A DNA stretch of 64,000 bases, taken from positions 5,710-69,709 of the forward strand of contig JADKBK010000042.1 in NCBI GenBank assembly GCA_016715075.1, written 5' to 3'. This stretch comes from Bacteroidales bacterium. Its GTDB lineage: Bacteria; Bacteroidota; Bacteroidia; Bacteroidales; VadinHA17. Made by a program: the position numbers and the translations under genes. Of the stretch, positions 10,177-21,493 are shown piece after piece. Each line of letters begins with the position of its first letter. The first letter of the stretch is position 1. The notes below the pieces were generated by a model that was not told the origin of the DNA, did no database searches, and saw nothing but the letters and a program-made list of their open reading frames with translations.

Positions 10177-11500
10177 TCAGAATATTCGAATCTGATTTTG
10201 CTATAACCCTGTCAAACTTATCAAGGATAGCAATTACCTTAGTGTAATCCCTGTTTTTGCTGACAAAAATCTGTCCGATACCCCTCTTGTCAAGTTTCGA
10301 GAAGACAAAGCTTATACTCATAATATTAATATCCATTGCAGGTTGGTATAATCTCTCCTTATGCTCATTTTCATGAAGAACGGAAACAAGCTGTGCATTT
10401 GTTAGATCCTGAAGGACATCCCTGGCCAGGCGTACTGGAATTTTAAGCGAATGAGCTATCGTTTCGGCGCTGATAGGCTTTTCGCCGATCGCAAAATTGC
10501 GGATGATCATATGAAGGACCATTATCACAACAGCCCGTTTCTGATAGTTGCTTATATTCAGTGATAATGATTCAAGCTCATAGTGAGCAAAATTCTGATT
10601 TGCAAAGGTAAGCTCCGCACCAAGTAAAACTACGATCCAGCTGGACTGTAATAATATCAGCAATAACGGAACTGCGGCAAAGCTTCCGTATATGGCGCTA
10701 AGTTTTGCTATTCCGAACTGAAGATCAAGATATACCCATAGCAATATCTGCAGAATCGTTCCGGCAATAATACCTGATATCATCGCTGGAACAAACTTAA
10801 CCTTTGCATTAGGCATAATAATGAATAATATAGTCAGAATAGTCCAACTGATAAGATAGGGTGTGAATTTGATGAGAGAACTGATTACCGGCTTGAAAAA
10901 ATCAAGTATAGGTGCCCTTACCATAAATTCGGCAAGTTCTGTACTTATAAAAACTTTTATGCTGCTTGAGAGGATAATAAATACAGGAGCAATGAGCATA
11001 ATAGTGAGATAATCTGTAAATTTTCTGTACCATGGACGTGAGGATCTGACCTGCCAGATGTGATTGAATGAAGTTTCGATACGATTCAGCAATGACATCA
11101 CAGACCAGAAAAGCACTACCACTCCAACACCTGCTATTGGTCCTCCCCGTGTTTCTTCAATGGCACTCATGGCATTTTTCAATACCCAGTTAAGAACTTC
11201 CTGCTGCGCCTGAAATTTATCTGTTATCAGCTCCTTCAGATTCTCATCCAGTGAAAAGCCCTTAGCAATTGCAAAAGCAATAGCTGCTACAGGTATTATG
11301 GAGAGAAGTGAATAAAATGTAAGCGCTGAAGCTCTGAGCTGTACTTTATCGTTAAGAAATCCCCGTGCAGCGAGCATCAGAATTTTCAGCTGTTTAAAAA
11401 GAAATGTTTTCCCTCTGGAGATTTCTGATAGCGGGGTATGCCAGATAATATAATTTAAACGTTTTATCTGCTCCATAACCCATAATACAGGATTTGCCAT
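10163..11500 (-). CDS. YihY / virulence factor BrkB family membrane protein
   Basis: 445 aa. LRASALTFYSLLSIIPVAAIAF signature, six predicted TM segments, and a C-terminal soluble extension. Confidence 0.75.
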   Translation of the reverse strand: MANPVLWVMEQIKRLNYIIWHTPLSEISRGKTFLFKQLKILMLAARGFLNDKVQLRASALTFYSLLSIIPVAAIAFAIAKGFSLDENLKELITDKFQAQQEVLNWVLKNAMSAIEETRGGPIAGVGVVVLFWSVMSLLNRIETSFNHIWQVRSSRPWYRKFTDYLTIMLIAPVFIILSSSIKVFISTELAEFMVRAPILDFFKPVISSLIKFTPYLISWTILTILFIIMPNAKVKFVPAMISGIIAGTILQILLWVYLDLQFGIAKLSAIYGSFAAVPLLLILLQSSWIVVLLGAELTFANQNFAHYELESLSLNISNYQKRAVVIMVLHMIIRNFAIGEKPISAETIAHSLKIPVRLARDVLQDLTNAQLVSVLHENEHKERLYQPAMDINIMSISFVFSKLDKRGIGQIFVSKNRDYTKVIAILDKFDRVIAKSDSNILIKDL

Positions 11501-11628
11501 AATTTTTTGCTCCTTTTAACAATTAAGGGATTTAAACAACTACAAGTATCAAATATACAAAATACAGTAGGGTGTGAAATATTAACAGGCAAATAATTAC
11601 TATTTTCACCTGTTAAAGCTCAAAAAAT

Positions 11629-12324
11629 ATGAAGGTTGAAATTCTTGAATTTGTGGAAGGAGCACGAAAGGCAAGGGGAATAACTGTAATAATTGATGTA
11701 TTCAGAGCCTTTTCTGTAGGCTGCTATGCTTATGATTCAGGTGCCGAGAGAATTATTGCCACCGGGGATGTTGAAGCAGCATTTAATTTAAGGAAAATAT
11801 ATTCAAATGCTCTCCTTGTTGGTGAACGGGATGAAAAGATGATTCCTGGTTTTGACCTTGGAAACAGTCCGACTGAAATAATGCAGGCTGATCTTCATGG
11901 AAAAACTGTAATCCACACCACAACAGCCGGCACCCAGGGGCTGATAAACGCATCATTGGCCGACGTTGTCATCACAGGAAGTCTTGTAAACTCAGGTGCT
12001 GTTGTAAGATTCATTCAGGCGATGAAGCCAGATCATGTATCGCTTGTTGCCATGGGATACCGGGCCACTCAGTCGGCAGAGGAGGACCTTCTTTGTGCGC
12101 ACTTTATAAAAGATGGACTTCTGGGCGAAAACAGTGCATCTGATGAGATGATAACAGCTCTCATGGAGACCTCCGGAAAGAGATTTTTTAATCAGGATAA
12201 TATAAGATTCTCCCCTCCTTCAGATTTTTTCCTCTGTACAATGAAGGATCGCTTTAATTTCATACTCAGGGCTGAAACCCGGGAAGACGGAAATATTGCC
12301 CTTATTAAAACGGAGGTGTTTTAG
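11629..12324 (+). CDS. 2-phosphosulfolactate phosphatase (ComB) family protein
   Basis: VIIDVFRAFSVG..., VGERDEKMIPGFDLGNSPTE, HTTTAGTQG and AEEDLLCAHFI match the ComB family pattern as I recall it. Confidence 0.7.
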   Translation: MKVEILEFVEGARKARGITVIIDVFRAFSVGCYAYDSGAERIIATGDVEAAFNLRKIYSNALLVGERDEKMIPGFDLGNSPTEIMQADLHGKTVIHTTTAGTQGLINASLADVVITGSLVNSGAVVRFIQAMKPDHVSLVAMGYRATQSAEEDLLCAHFIKDGLLGENSASDEMITALMETSGKRFFNQDNIRFSPPSDFFLCTMKDRFNFILRAETREDGNIALIKTEVF

Positions 12325-12423
12325 AATGTATTTAACTACTATATAGCAGATTAAACAACTGCGAATATTATCTTTAAAATACCTATAGAATAAGCTTCGC
12401 ACAATAAATTAAGTTGAGAAGTA

Positions 12424-13359
12424 TCAGAAAATAGGATTAACCTTTTTTCGCTTATGGATCTCCCTGTAGGTGCAGAACATTGCCTCTTTATAAAACCTGA
12501 ACAGCAGAAGTGAAATATTGCCGGAATCGAGCCTGATCTCCATCCTGTCCCTGTACCTGATATAAAATCTGGCCAGGAGACCTGTCAATCTGAAGAACCT
12601 AAGTGAATTATATGTTCTGAGAACTTTAGCATTCCGTGAGAATGTCCGTTTATCTGTCACATTATCATACAGCCTGCTCAGGTTTTCAATTCCGAGCTTA
12701 GTCTTATTCAGGAACTCTTTATTTGTTTCAAGCCCTTCGTGAACGAGTCCGTTATCGATATGAAGCACATCGATCCCGGCTTTCTTAAGCTGGTAGCCCA
12801 TAAGAGTGTCCTCATAACCGTATTGTTTCAGACCTTCATTGAACCTGATCTTTGAAAAGACAGATTTCTCTATCATTACATTAAAAGTAGTGAACCATTC
12901 ATGAGGGTTCTTATTCTTTTCAGAAGCCTTACGTTGTTCGTACCACTTTCCGTATGTCCACCTCAGGAGCTTATCCGGGTCTCCGGGAGGTGCATCATGG
13001 TATAAAACTCCGCCGCAGATTACTTTGTAGACTGACATCATTGAAAGCCAGTTACGAAAATATGTTTCTGATGTGCCCTGCAGAACGGTATCAGCATCAA
13101 TAAAAAGGAGATAATCTCCTGATGCCTCCATCGCCAGTTTATTGCGGATAGCGGCCCTGCCAATATTCTTTTCAGAGGATATAAGCCTTACTCCTTCCCC
13201 TTCGATAGCTCGGTATTTCTCTTTAAATTCGGCGGATGAACCATCATCACCGATCAGTATTTCAATGAATTCAGGCACTTTTCCCAGTCCGCTTTTCATT
13301 CCATGAACAAGCGCTATGATATCATAATCATACACAGGAACAAGAAGAGAGATCTTCAT
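12424..13359 (-). CDS. Glycosyltransferase family 2
   Basis: ISLLVPVYDYD, DDGS and the FIDAD (DxD) motif; 311 aa. Confidence 0.75.
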   Translation of the reverse strand: MKISLLVPVYDYDIIALVHGMKSGLGKVPEFIEILIGDDGSSAEFKEKYRAIEGEGVRLISSEKNIGRAAIRNKLAMEASGDYLLFIDADTVLQGTSETYFRNWLSMMSVYKVICGGVLYHDAPPGDPDKLLRWTYGKWYEQRKASEKNKNPHEWFTTFNVMIEKSVFSKIRFNEGLKQYGYEDTLMGYQLKKAGIDVLHIDNGLVHEGLETNKEFLNKTKLGIENLSRLYDNVTDKRTFSRNAKVLRTYNSLRFFRLTGLLARFYIRYRDRMEIRLDSGNISLLLFRFYKEAMFCTYREIHKRKKVNPIF

Positions 13360-13479
13360 TTCAGGTTATAGGTTGATAAACAAAAGTACAATATATTTTA
13401 TTAATATTTACCTATTCAAACTTTGGCAGAGAAATTGCATTAGCTAATTTTGTCAGATTCAATAAATTCTGATTTGCAA

Positions 13480-14901
13480 ATGGGAAAGTATTTCATAGTT
13501 GTTCTGTTGTCGATATTTCCGGCAATACTCTTCGGTCAGTTAAAAACCGGTTATGAGATCGAGGTTACTCTTGATGGACTATCTGATTCGACAGTTTTCA
13601 TGGCTTACCATCTCGGTGACAAGCAATACATTAAGGATACTTTAAAACTTGACAGGTCGGCCCACGGGATTTTCAGGGGAAAAGAAACATTACCTCAGGG
13701 TATATATATGATCGTTCTTCCAGGAAGGAAGTATTTTGAAATACTTATAGCCGCTGACCAGTATTTTTCACTTCGCTGTGTTTATAATGATTATTTCAAT
13801 ACCCTTAAATTTATCGGTTCTGATGAAAACAGCGCTTTCATAACTTATCAGAAAAACTGGATGTCTATGCAGCAAAAGTCTGCGGAACTCCAGAAAAGGG
13901 TCCAGAATAACAAACATAACAACGACTCTGTGAAAATTCTGACAGCTGAACAAAAATCACTGGAGGCAAGAATGATGAAATATCTGAAGTCTGTGATAGA
14001 GGTGAATAATGGAAACCTTCTCTCAGGGCTCGTCAAAGCTATGCTGCCACCAGAGATCCCTAATTTCACCATACCCGCTGTTGTTGCTAATCCCGATTCA
14101 ATAAGATGGATTCTGAATTATAATTATAATAAGGATCATTACTTTGATAATATCGACTTCACTGATGAGAGATTATTGAGGACACCTATTATATATAGTC
14201 GTCTCAATACCTTTTTTACAAATGTTGTAATTCAGGCACCAGATTCAATAAACAGGGAGATCGATAAGCTTGTTAAAAAGTGCGAAGGCAATAACAAGGT
14301 CTATCAGTTTGTAGCAGTCTATTTATTCAACCACTTCAGGGAGAGTGAAATAATGGGCCATGATGCTGTGATGGTAAAATTGGCCGATGATATATATCTT
14401 TCAGGGAAGGCAGACTGGGTATCAAAGGAGTTTAAGGACGACCTGAGGAAGCAAATTGAGCTTCTTCGCCCCAATCTCATCGGCAAAAAAGCCCGTGATC
14501 TTGTAATGGATTCATACAGCGGGATACCTGTTTCCCTTTACGATGTGCAGAAGGATTTTACGATTCTCTATTTTTGGGAGCCTAACTGTGGCCATTGTAA
14601 AGAAACAACACCTAAGCTGAAGGCCTACTATGACAAGGCCAAAAATAAAAATATAGAGATATTTGCTGTTTGCACACAGTCGGATAAGCAGAAATGGACA
14701 CAGTACATTGAAGAGAACCAGATTACATGGATAAACGGATGGGATCCCAGGAGAAGTTCTCATTTTGATTCCTATTACAATGTACAATCCACTCCGCTGA
14801 TCTATATCCTTGATAAAAACAAGGTTATTATAGCGAAAAAATTATCGGTTGAGGATATTGGTCCCTTTATAGAAAACTACAGAAAGATGAAAGTCAGGTA
14901 G
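13480..14901 (+). CDS. Thioredoxin-fold (TlpA/redoxin-like) protein with a long N-terminal domain
   Basis: C-terminal YFWEPNCGHCKETTPKL (CxxC) and FAVCTQSDKQKW...STPLIYILD. Signal sequence after the ATG at 13480 (MGKYFIVVLLSIFPAILFG). The track start at 13450 is a TTG. Confidence 0.75.
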   Translation: MGKYFIVVLLSIFPAILFGQLKTGYEIEVTLDGLSDSTVFMAYHLGDKQYIKDTLKLDRSAHGIFRGKETLPQGIYMIVLPGRKYFEILIAADQYFSLRCVYNDYFNTLKFIGSDENSAFITYQKNWMSMQQKSAELQKRVQNNKHNNDSVKILTAEQKSLEARMMKYLKSVIEVNNGNLLSGLVKAMLPPEIPNFTIPAVVANPDSIRWILNYNYNKDHYFDNIDFTDERLLRTPIIYSRLNTFFTNVVIQAPDSINREIDKLVKKCEGNNKVYQFVAVYLFNHFRESEIMGHDAVMVKLADDIYLSGKADWVSKEFKDDLRKQIELLRPNLIGKKARDLVMDSYSGIPVSLYDVQKDFTILYFWEPNCGHCKETTPKLKAYYDKAKNKNIEIFAVCTQSDKQKWTQYIEENQITWINGWDPRRSSHFDSYYNVQSTPLIYILDKNKVIIAKKLSVEDIGPFIENYRKMKVR

Positions 14902-15917
14902 TCGAAGGGGGATAATCAATTATCCGGTTCACAAACTCGTAGAGTGATCCGAATTCGGTTACTGAATTGCTCTCGATCAGCTGCCAGCATCTGCAACTGC
15001 CGGAAGGGAGTTTTAAATATGGCAGCACCTCCCCTTCGGTGACTGAAAAGCCGGCCCTGTTAATTGCTTTTTTTGTATAATGAAGCATTATTCCTTCACC
15101 TGAAACGTTTATCTCTCCCCTGTTCTCTGTAATGAATGAATAAGTTCCATCCTCTGAGTTATACTGAAAAGCTGATGAATCGAACAGATGATCAAATGCA
15201 CCCTGAAGCATCAGATCCTCCGGAGCTCCTTCCAGAAGATGGTCATCAATTATAAGCCATATTTTATCTGCCTGGCTCATAGCCACGTTAAGGTCATGAG
15301 TCGAGAAGATAATTGTCTTACCGCTATTCTGGGATAGAAGATGCATAAGATGCAGGATTTCAAATTTACTCCCTATATCAAGAAATGCCGTTGGCTCATC
15401 CATAACCAGGATCCCGGTGTCTTGTGCTAAAATCCTGGCTATCATAGCTTTTTGTCGTTCACCATCAGAAAGTTCAGAGATAAACCTCCATGAAAGAGAT
15501 GCCATTCCCGTCTTTTCAATTGCATCAGTTATAATATCATGATTGTATTTATCGATTTTCCCGAACCAATTGGTATAAGGAAATCTCCCAAGCGCTACCA
15601 GGTCATAAACTCTCATATTACTTACCTTCACGATCTCGGTAGAGATATACCCTATCGTTCTGGCGAGATCAGTTCTGGAATATTCCTGTATACTTCTTCC
15701 TCCATAGGTGATATCACCTCCCCAGAGATGGCTGTAGCCCTGCAAGTGTTCTGAGAAGAGTACTCTTGCCTATGCCATTCTTTCCAATGACTGCGATCAT
15801 TTCTCCTCTTCTTGCAGTGGCAGAAAGAGGCGGAAGAAGAACTTTTTCATTCCTCCCGTCTGCATACCCTATTCTCAGTGAGCCGATTGATAATATTTCT
15901 TCCGAATCTCTTGTCAT
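14894..15917 (-). CDS. btuD: ABC transporter ATP-binding protein (BtuD/FepC type), split by a homopolymer frameshift, with a C-terminal extension
   Basis: Walker [10 protein letters not shown] in ORF 15714-15959. LSDGERQ, Walker B ILVMDEP and H-loop STHD in ORF 14894-15745. The frames meet at the C4 run 15720-15723. The ATG at 15917 overlaps the permease stop (TAATG). Confidence 0.8.
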
Positions 15918-16984
15918 TAAAATACTCCTGAATATTTGCGGTTTCTGAAAATCACCCATATTACTACCGGAATCCCAATCAATGAAGTAACCGAATTAAC
16001 AGGAAGAACACTCTCTGAGCCCGGTAATTGTGAAATAATATCGCTAATGAGCATAATTATTCCTCCTGTGAGTATTGTTCCGGGAATCAGGATCCGGTGA
16101 TCAGAAGTCCTGAGCAGGATCCTTGAAATATGTGGCACTGCGATTCCAATGAAGCCTATCGGGCCGCAAAACGCTGTCACGCTCCCGGTAAGTATGCTCG
16201 TGGAGGCAAATATAACTGCCCTTGAAAACCTGACATTTAATCCAATGCTTGTTGCATAGTTTTCCCCAAGGGATATGGCATTTAGCATTTTTGAAGAGGC
16301 CAGACTCAGCAGAATACCGCCTGATATACAGATAAATAATACATTAAGCTGGGCTGAAGTAAGATTTCCCAGGCTGCCCATCGTCCAGATAACATATGCT
16401 TTAAGCATTGATTCGGCGCTGAAATACTGCATGATCGTGACAATTGCCGATATCCCGCTTGCCAGCATAATGCCTATTATCAGAATAGTCATTATCTCTC
16501 TCACACGTGTAGAAATCGACATTATTAGGATCATAACAGCCCCGGCGCCTACCCACGATGCTGCTATAAGTATCCAGTTCCCCAAACCATGCAATCCGGC
16601 CGCAGTTATATTGCCTGAAAACCCAAGTATTACAAATGCTACTCCAAGGCTTGCGCCAGAACTTATTCCAAGAACATCAGGACCGGCCATTGGATTACGG
16701 AATAGTGTCTGCATCTGTAATCCACTTAATGAAAGTGCAATTCCAACGATCAGAGCAGTTAATGCCTTTGGAATTCTGAACTGATATATAATTGTCCTGA
16801 GAGGGCTCTCATTGTCCTGAAAAAGAACTTTCATAACATCTGAAGCCTTTATGCTAACCGAACCAAAGAAAATATCCAGTAGAAGAAATAGTGCAACAAG
16901 CAAAAGAAGACAGATAAAAACAATTTGTTGTCTCCTGCCAGTGGCCAGAAAGGAATTCTTCATTATGTGGTTACTGCTTCCCAA
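15917..16984 (-). CDS. btuC: FecCD/BtuC family ABC transporter permease
   Basis: 355 aa, polytopic. Family-like segments such as [14 protein letters not shown] and [15 protein letters not shown]. An alternative ATG start at 16963. Confidence 0.85.
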   Translation of the reverse strand: MGSSNHIMKNSFLATGRRQQIVFICLLLLVALFLLLDIFFGSVSIKASDVMKVLFQDNESPLRTIIYQFRIPKALTALIVGIALSLSGLQMQTLFRNPMAGPDVLGISSGASLGVAFVILGFSGNITAAGLHGLGNWILIAASWVGAGAVMILIMSISTRVREIMTILIIGIMLASGISAIVTIMQYFSAESMLKAYVIWTMGSLGNLTSAQLNVLFICISGGILLSLASSKMLNAISLGENYATSIGLNVRFSRAVIFASTSILTGSVTAFCGPIGFIGIAVPHISRILLRTSDHRILIPGTILTGGIIMLISDIISQLPGSESVLPVNSVTSLIGIPVVIWVIFRNRKYSGVF

Positions 16985-16995
16985 GGCTTTATTCT

Positions 16996-18173
16996 TTAAT
17001 TGACTTTCCTGTAAAAAGTAAGATTATTATCGGGGAAAATTTCAGGATGAAGTATAGAGGCAATATCCTGAAGTATAAGATGGGGATAAACCGCTCCGCT
17101 TTCCCAGAAATCATTTCCACCAGCTTCAGTTATGCGGTTATTGTTATTATATAATTTGCCGCTTTTATAGCATGGCAAATCAGTGAGCCTCGGATCAACA
17201 GCAGGGATCTCACTAATTGTCTTAACTGTACCTATATTTAACCAGTAGTCAGCATTCACAGCTTTCAGGTAGACATTTTCCAGTCCTAAAGGCATTGAAA
17301 CAGAAGATTTAGTATCCTTCCAGAGATATTCACCTCCCGCATCAGCTATCAGCTTGCTGACAAAAGAGTTACCCGGAGAAATAAACCAGGTATCCTTAAA
17401 GGGAAGTCCGAGAAGCACTATAGGATTAACTGAAGATCTTTCAGCTACAAACGACTTCAGTTTATTATATTCATCAACTTCTTTGCTGAAAATACTGTCT
17501 GCCATCTGCTCTCTGCAATAAAGAGCTCCAAACAACTTAATCCATTCAGCTTTTCCCAGGGGATCAGTTTCCAGGTAGTCAGCATTATAAACAACTTTTA
17601 TTCCGAGTTCCTCTATTTTACCAACATAACCTGATGATTCACTGCCAACACCATAAATCATTGTCAGGTCAGGCATGATCTTAAGGATAAGTTCCTTATT
17701 CAGATTTGCCTCATAACCGACATCTTTTATCAATCCGGCATCGGCCATTGATCGCAGCTCAGGTGAGTACATAAATCCTGTACCTGACATGCCTGCAATG
17801 GATTTCCCTTCCCCAGAGCAGATATCATTGCAATATGAGTGGTTGACATGCATACAATCTTTACGACAGGTACCCGGATTACAGAGGAACTATCGATCTC
17901 AGGCGGTAACTCAGATCCTCTCTTCACAAGATAGTAGACCATATTTATATTGTCGGCCCCCTGCCATGGATTTTTGATAGTTACTTTCGTGTAGCCTGAA
18001 TACCTCTCAATAGCGATCCTCTGAGCGATTGAAATTATATTTGTTCCGGATGTGTTTTCAGCATTTCTGACTCCTCTTTTCTCATTGCATGATATTACAG
18101 CCGTCAGGTAAAGAATTATCAAAATCCGGCTCGCACAGTTTTTTTGAAATGAAATGATAGAAGAAGAGGCCAT
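16996..18173 (-). CDS. btuF: ABC transporter periplasmic substrate-binding lipoprotein (BtuF / siderophore-binding type), split by a homopolymer frameshift
   Basis: Lipobox LTAVISC in ORF 17730-18173. ...KIVCMSTTHIAMISALG continues as KSIAGMSGTGFMYSPEL in ORF 16996-17853. The shift is at the C4 run 17811-17814. Confidence 0.75.
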
Positions 18174-18182
18174 TAGAGATTA

Positions 18183-19220
18183 TTAATTATCCGAAAGTTT
18201 GAAACACATTGAACCCGGAATTATATCGGTCTGCTGGTCAGATACCAAGGAGCCTTCTGAATTATAATGAAGGAGATGTCCATTCTGCTGATAATCGACA
18301 GCATCGGTTGTAAAAATATCTCCATTTACAGGGTTTATACCAAGCTTATAGTAGTAGTGGCCTGACTGAGCAATTAATGGTTCGGATGGTAATTCCTGAG
18401 AAGAGATACTCATCCGGTGAACTCCGTTTTCAAGATAGAATAAAGTCTCACCGTTTCCGTCTATCCGGAGACAGCCAGGAGATGCCTCTTTGGTAGGAAA
18501 TTGAATATGTTTTTCAATCGTATTTGTCACGGTATTAATTCCGTCAAGCTCTGCAAAATTTTCACGCATCCAGCCGCCGTTGCAAAGCACCCAGAGCATA
18601 TTATTCCTGTCAACGACCATACTCTCAGGCTCAATTCCTACTTCAACAGAGTCAATAACTTCATCGGTAAGTGTATTAATTACCATGACTTCATTTCCTC
18701 CCACCCAATTTGCAACAAAGGCTTTATCATCCAAAACAACAATTGATTCGGATGATCTCCTCAGATTAATGTATCCCGATACTGAGAAGTTATTCAGGTT
18801 TATTACTATCAAAGAATCGGAATACATACTTGTTACATAAGCTTTGGAGGAATTGACAAATCCCATATTTCTTGGTGAAATAAGTCCTGTTATTGTTGTT
18901 ACCGACTGAAGTGAAGATTTTTTTACGACCTCTATCTTTCCTGAATTATTGACAACAATATAAGCCATTTCACCATATAATTCCATCGAATTCGGAACAT
19001 CACCCAATGGCCGTCCATTGACTTCAGTGAACAGATCATTATAAATTTTTGAAGAATCATATGAATAGTATGATAATGAGCCATTTCCTCCCATGAAATT
19101 GCCTTCATTTATTAAGAACACACCATCACCTGTAAGGAATGAGCCCCTCTTTGGCTCTTCATTTTTTTTGCATGCAATAATCATTGTCAGGAAAAAAATA
19201 ATAACTGGAATTTTCTTCAT
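18183..19220 (-). CDS. Surface beta-propeller lipoprotein (YncE-family-like); BtuG-like by position
   Basis: Lipoprotein signal MKKIPVIIFFLTMIIACKK. Repeated propeller-blade-like strands. Sits between the btuB-like receptor and btuF, under the B12 riboswitch. Confidence 0.55.
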   Translation of the reverse strand: MKKIPVIIFFLTMIIACKKNEEPKRGSFLTGDGVFLINEGNFMGGNGSLSYYSYDSSKIYNDLFTEVNGRPLGDVPNSMELYGEMAYIVVNNSGKIEVVKKSSLQSVTTITGLISPRNMGFVNSSKAYVTSMYSDSLIVINLNNFSVSGYINLRRSSESIVVLDDKAFVANWVGGNEVMVINTLTDEVIDSVEVGIEPESMVVDRNNMLWVLCNGGWMRENFAELDGINTVTNTIEKHIQFPTKEASPGCLRIDGNGETLFYLENGVHRMSISSQELPSEPLIAQSGHYYYKLGINPVNGDIFTTDAVDYQQNGHLLHYNSEGSLVSDQQTDIIPGSMCFKLSDN

Positions 19221-19226
19221 TTAGCT

Positions 19227-21158
19227 CTATTTAAATATTTGTATCAGTAATTTTAATGAATAGGATCTTCCGGGCAGAGGATAATATGCTATTGTCTGGT
19301 AATTTACATTGAAAATATTCTCAATCTGAAAATTGAGATCCAGAACAGTACCCTTAAGATGGAGTCTGTATCCGGTAATCAGGTCATTAAGCATATATCC
19401 TGGAAGATATTCTGAATTATCAACTTTTAAAAATCTTTTACCAACTGCAGACATTGTCCAGGATGAATATAACATTTTGTAATTCAGAAGAAGAGAGCAG
19501 TTTGCCTTATTAACCGGAATATAAATCAGCTGCCTGCCTATTGAAGCGTCACCTGTGATATTTGATTTTGCCGTTGTTGCCCTGGTATAGACGTAAGCAG
19601 CACGCAACCGGGCTGCAAAACTATTTTCAGAATAGTCGAGTGAGAAGGATGATTCGATTCCAGCTGTATTTACACCCTTTATATTTCCTGCTGTCCAATA
19701 GGAATATTCACCCTGATACCATTGAATCATATCCTTAATATTGTTTCTGTAAAGCGATAAATCATAATTCATTGTAATGGGTGCGGAGAGTTTATGATTC
19801 ATCTCATATGTAATCTCATAAATAAATGCATATTCATTCTTCAGATCCGGATTTCCGCCCGGGATCCAGAACATGTCATTCATAGAAGGGATTTTTGAAT
19901 TCCTTGACAAATTGGCTTTCAGATAGTATTCTTTTCCGGCAAGCAGCCGGTATTGAAGACCTGCTGAGAAATCAGGAATGAGAAAATTTCGTGTATCCAG
20001 AATCTCTCTTACAAGAAGAAGTGAAGTGAACCTGCCACCGGAATTGCGTTCGGCAGTTGCAGTAAGAGAGACTGTATTCCTTGTGGTGTTATCATTATAG
20101 TTATTCGAATTTATCCTGCATACTTCCTCATTCAAAGCAATCTTCAGATTGGTAAAAGCATCAACCTTACGCTCCATTGTCCCCTTCAGGATGAATGTCC
20201 CGGAATTGTTGCGGGAGTCAATAGAAGCGAGTGAGTTGGTGTAATTAAGCTTAGTCATCATCCATGCCCCTGTAACGCTGAATTTATTTGAACCGCCAAA
20301 ATGATCCCAGTTCAGCATTGTACGGAGGGATTCATCGGACTGGGTCTCTCTTAGCTTTGGCTGCTGAATGAGCATTGATGATGGCAGGTTTCTGTTTGTC
20401 GACTCATACCACAACCTTGCGGAGGTAACACTCTTATTCTGTCTGAGATAGAACTCCTGAACAAATCCTCTCTGGTTGAACTGGCTGTTTGTTCTTTTCT
20501 GCCATACGGGCTCATTACTGATTCCGGTATTAAGGTACCGGAAATCGTTTTCGGATGATTGAAAAAAACCTTTTGTAACGGATTGGAAAGCTGAATTTCC
20601 GGTCCGCAACTTAATAAGTCCGGTGTATTGTCCGAAGCTGGCTATGCCGGGATTAACCGACATGAGGGTTTCTTTTTTCCAGACTGGTCTGGTCTCAAGA
20701 TTTATTGTGCCTCCAATACCCCCACTATTAAGAGGCATTGAAGCTCCTCCATAATAGATCTGTATATCGTCGATCAGGCCTGCAGGAATGAGTGAGAGGT
20801 CTGATTGTCCCAGCATAGGGTGATTAATATTTATTTCATTCCATGTAAGCAGTGTATGACCAGCTCCTGTCCCTCTGAAGGATGGTGAAGTGCTTCCGCC
20901 CATACCATAGCTTTTTACCGACACGCCTGAAAAGTGAGAAAGAAGATATGCGACTGAATTGTGGCTATTCAACTTTAATATTGTGGTGTCGATTGAAGAT
21001 GTTTTAAAGCCGGGTGCATCAGAATTTGCTTTTTTGCTGCTTATTACTACCTCCCCGATATTTATAGTATCATTCGAAAATGACGACTGTCCGTGCAGAG
21101 GATAAGCCAGTAAAAAGGCAATATATAATAAGGTATATCTCAAGGTTCTGCTGCTCAT
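19227..21158 (-). CDS. btuB: TonB-dependent receptor, vitamin B12/corrinoid type
   Basis: 643 aa. Signal peptide, plug (GVSVKSYGMGGSTSPSFRGTGAGHTLLTWNEININ) and a barrel ending ...LLIQIFK. First gene downstream of a cobalamin riboswitch. Confidence 0.8.
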   Translation of the reverse strand: MSSRTLRYTLLYIAFLLAYPLHGQSSFSNDTINIGEVVISSKKANSDAPGFKTSSIDTTILKLNSHNSVAYLLSHFSGVSVKSYGMGGSTSPSFRGTGAGHTLLTWNEININHPMLGQSDLSLIPAGLIDDIQIYYGGASMPLNSGGIGGTINLETRPVWKKETLMSVNPGIASFGQYTGLIKLRTGNSAFQSVTKGFFQSSENDFRYLNTGISNEPVWQKRTNSQFNQRGFVQEFYLRQNKSVTSARLWYESTNRNLPSSMLIQQPKLRETQSDESLRTMLNWDHFGGSNKFSVTGAWMMTKLNYTNSLASIDSRNNSGTFILKGTMERKVDAFTNLKIALNEEVCRINSNNYNDNTTRNTVSLTATAERNSGGRFTSLLLVREILDTRNFLIPDFSAGLQYRLLAGKEYYLKANLSRNSKIPSMNDMFWIPGGNPDLKNEYAFIYEITYEMNHKLSAPITMNYDLSLYRNNIKDMIQWYQGEYSYWTAGNIKGVNTAGIESSFSLDYSENSFAARLRAAYVYTRATTAKSNITGDASIGRQLIYIPVNKANCSLLLNYKMLYSSWTMSAVGKRFLKVDNSEYLPGYMLNDLITGYRLHLKGTVLDLNFQIENIFNVNYQTIAYYPLPGRSYSLKLLIQIFK

Positions 21159-21289
21159 TCAATAATATGAAACTAATCCGGTATCATGTATTAAACATTA
21201 TCATATGACCTGATATTGAATGCAGAGGGGAATAAGTTCAAGTGGGAATCAATATGTGATCCTGCGCTTTTCTTCCCGAAAGCATTGAA

Positions 21290-21490
21290 TATTTGTTTGT
21301 ATGGCAGGTCTTCTGACTTATCCCGGTTTTATGAAGCCTTCCCATCCCAGAAAACGGAACAGTGGCAGGTATTTCATAAAACCATCATCACGTAAACGTG
21401 ACCGGGTTTCACAGCAGCGGGTACTGTTGCGGATTCTAACCGCATTCCCTTTTCATTGCAATGAAAGTTTTCCATTGCAACACCAAAACA
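21290..21490 (-). promoter_or_regulatory. Cobalamin (B12) riboswitch
   Basis: The minus strand reads ...TTGCAATGgaaaactttCATTGCAATGAAAAGGGAATGCGGTTAGAATCCGCAACAGTACCCGCTGCTGTGAAACC... (conserved core 21409-21453). The B12 box AGTCAGAAGACCTGCCAT is the complement of 21301-21318. It lies about 140 nt upstream of btuB. Confidence 0.85.
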
Positions 21491-21493
21491 TTA

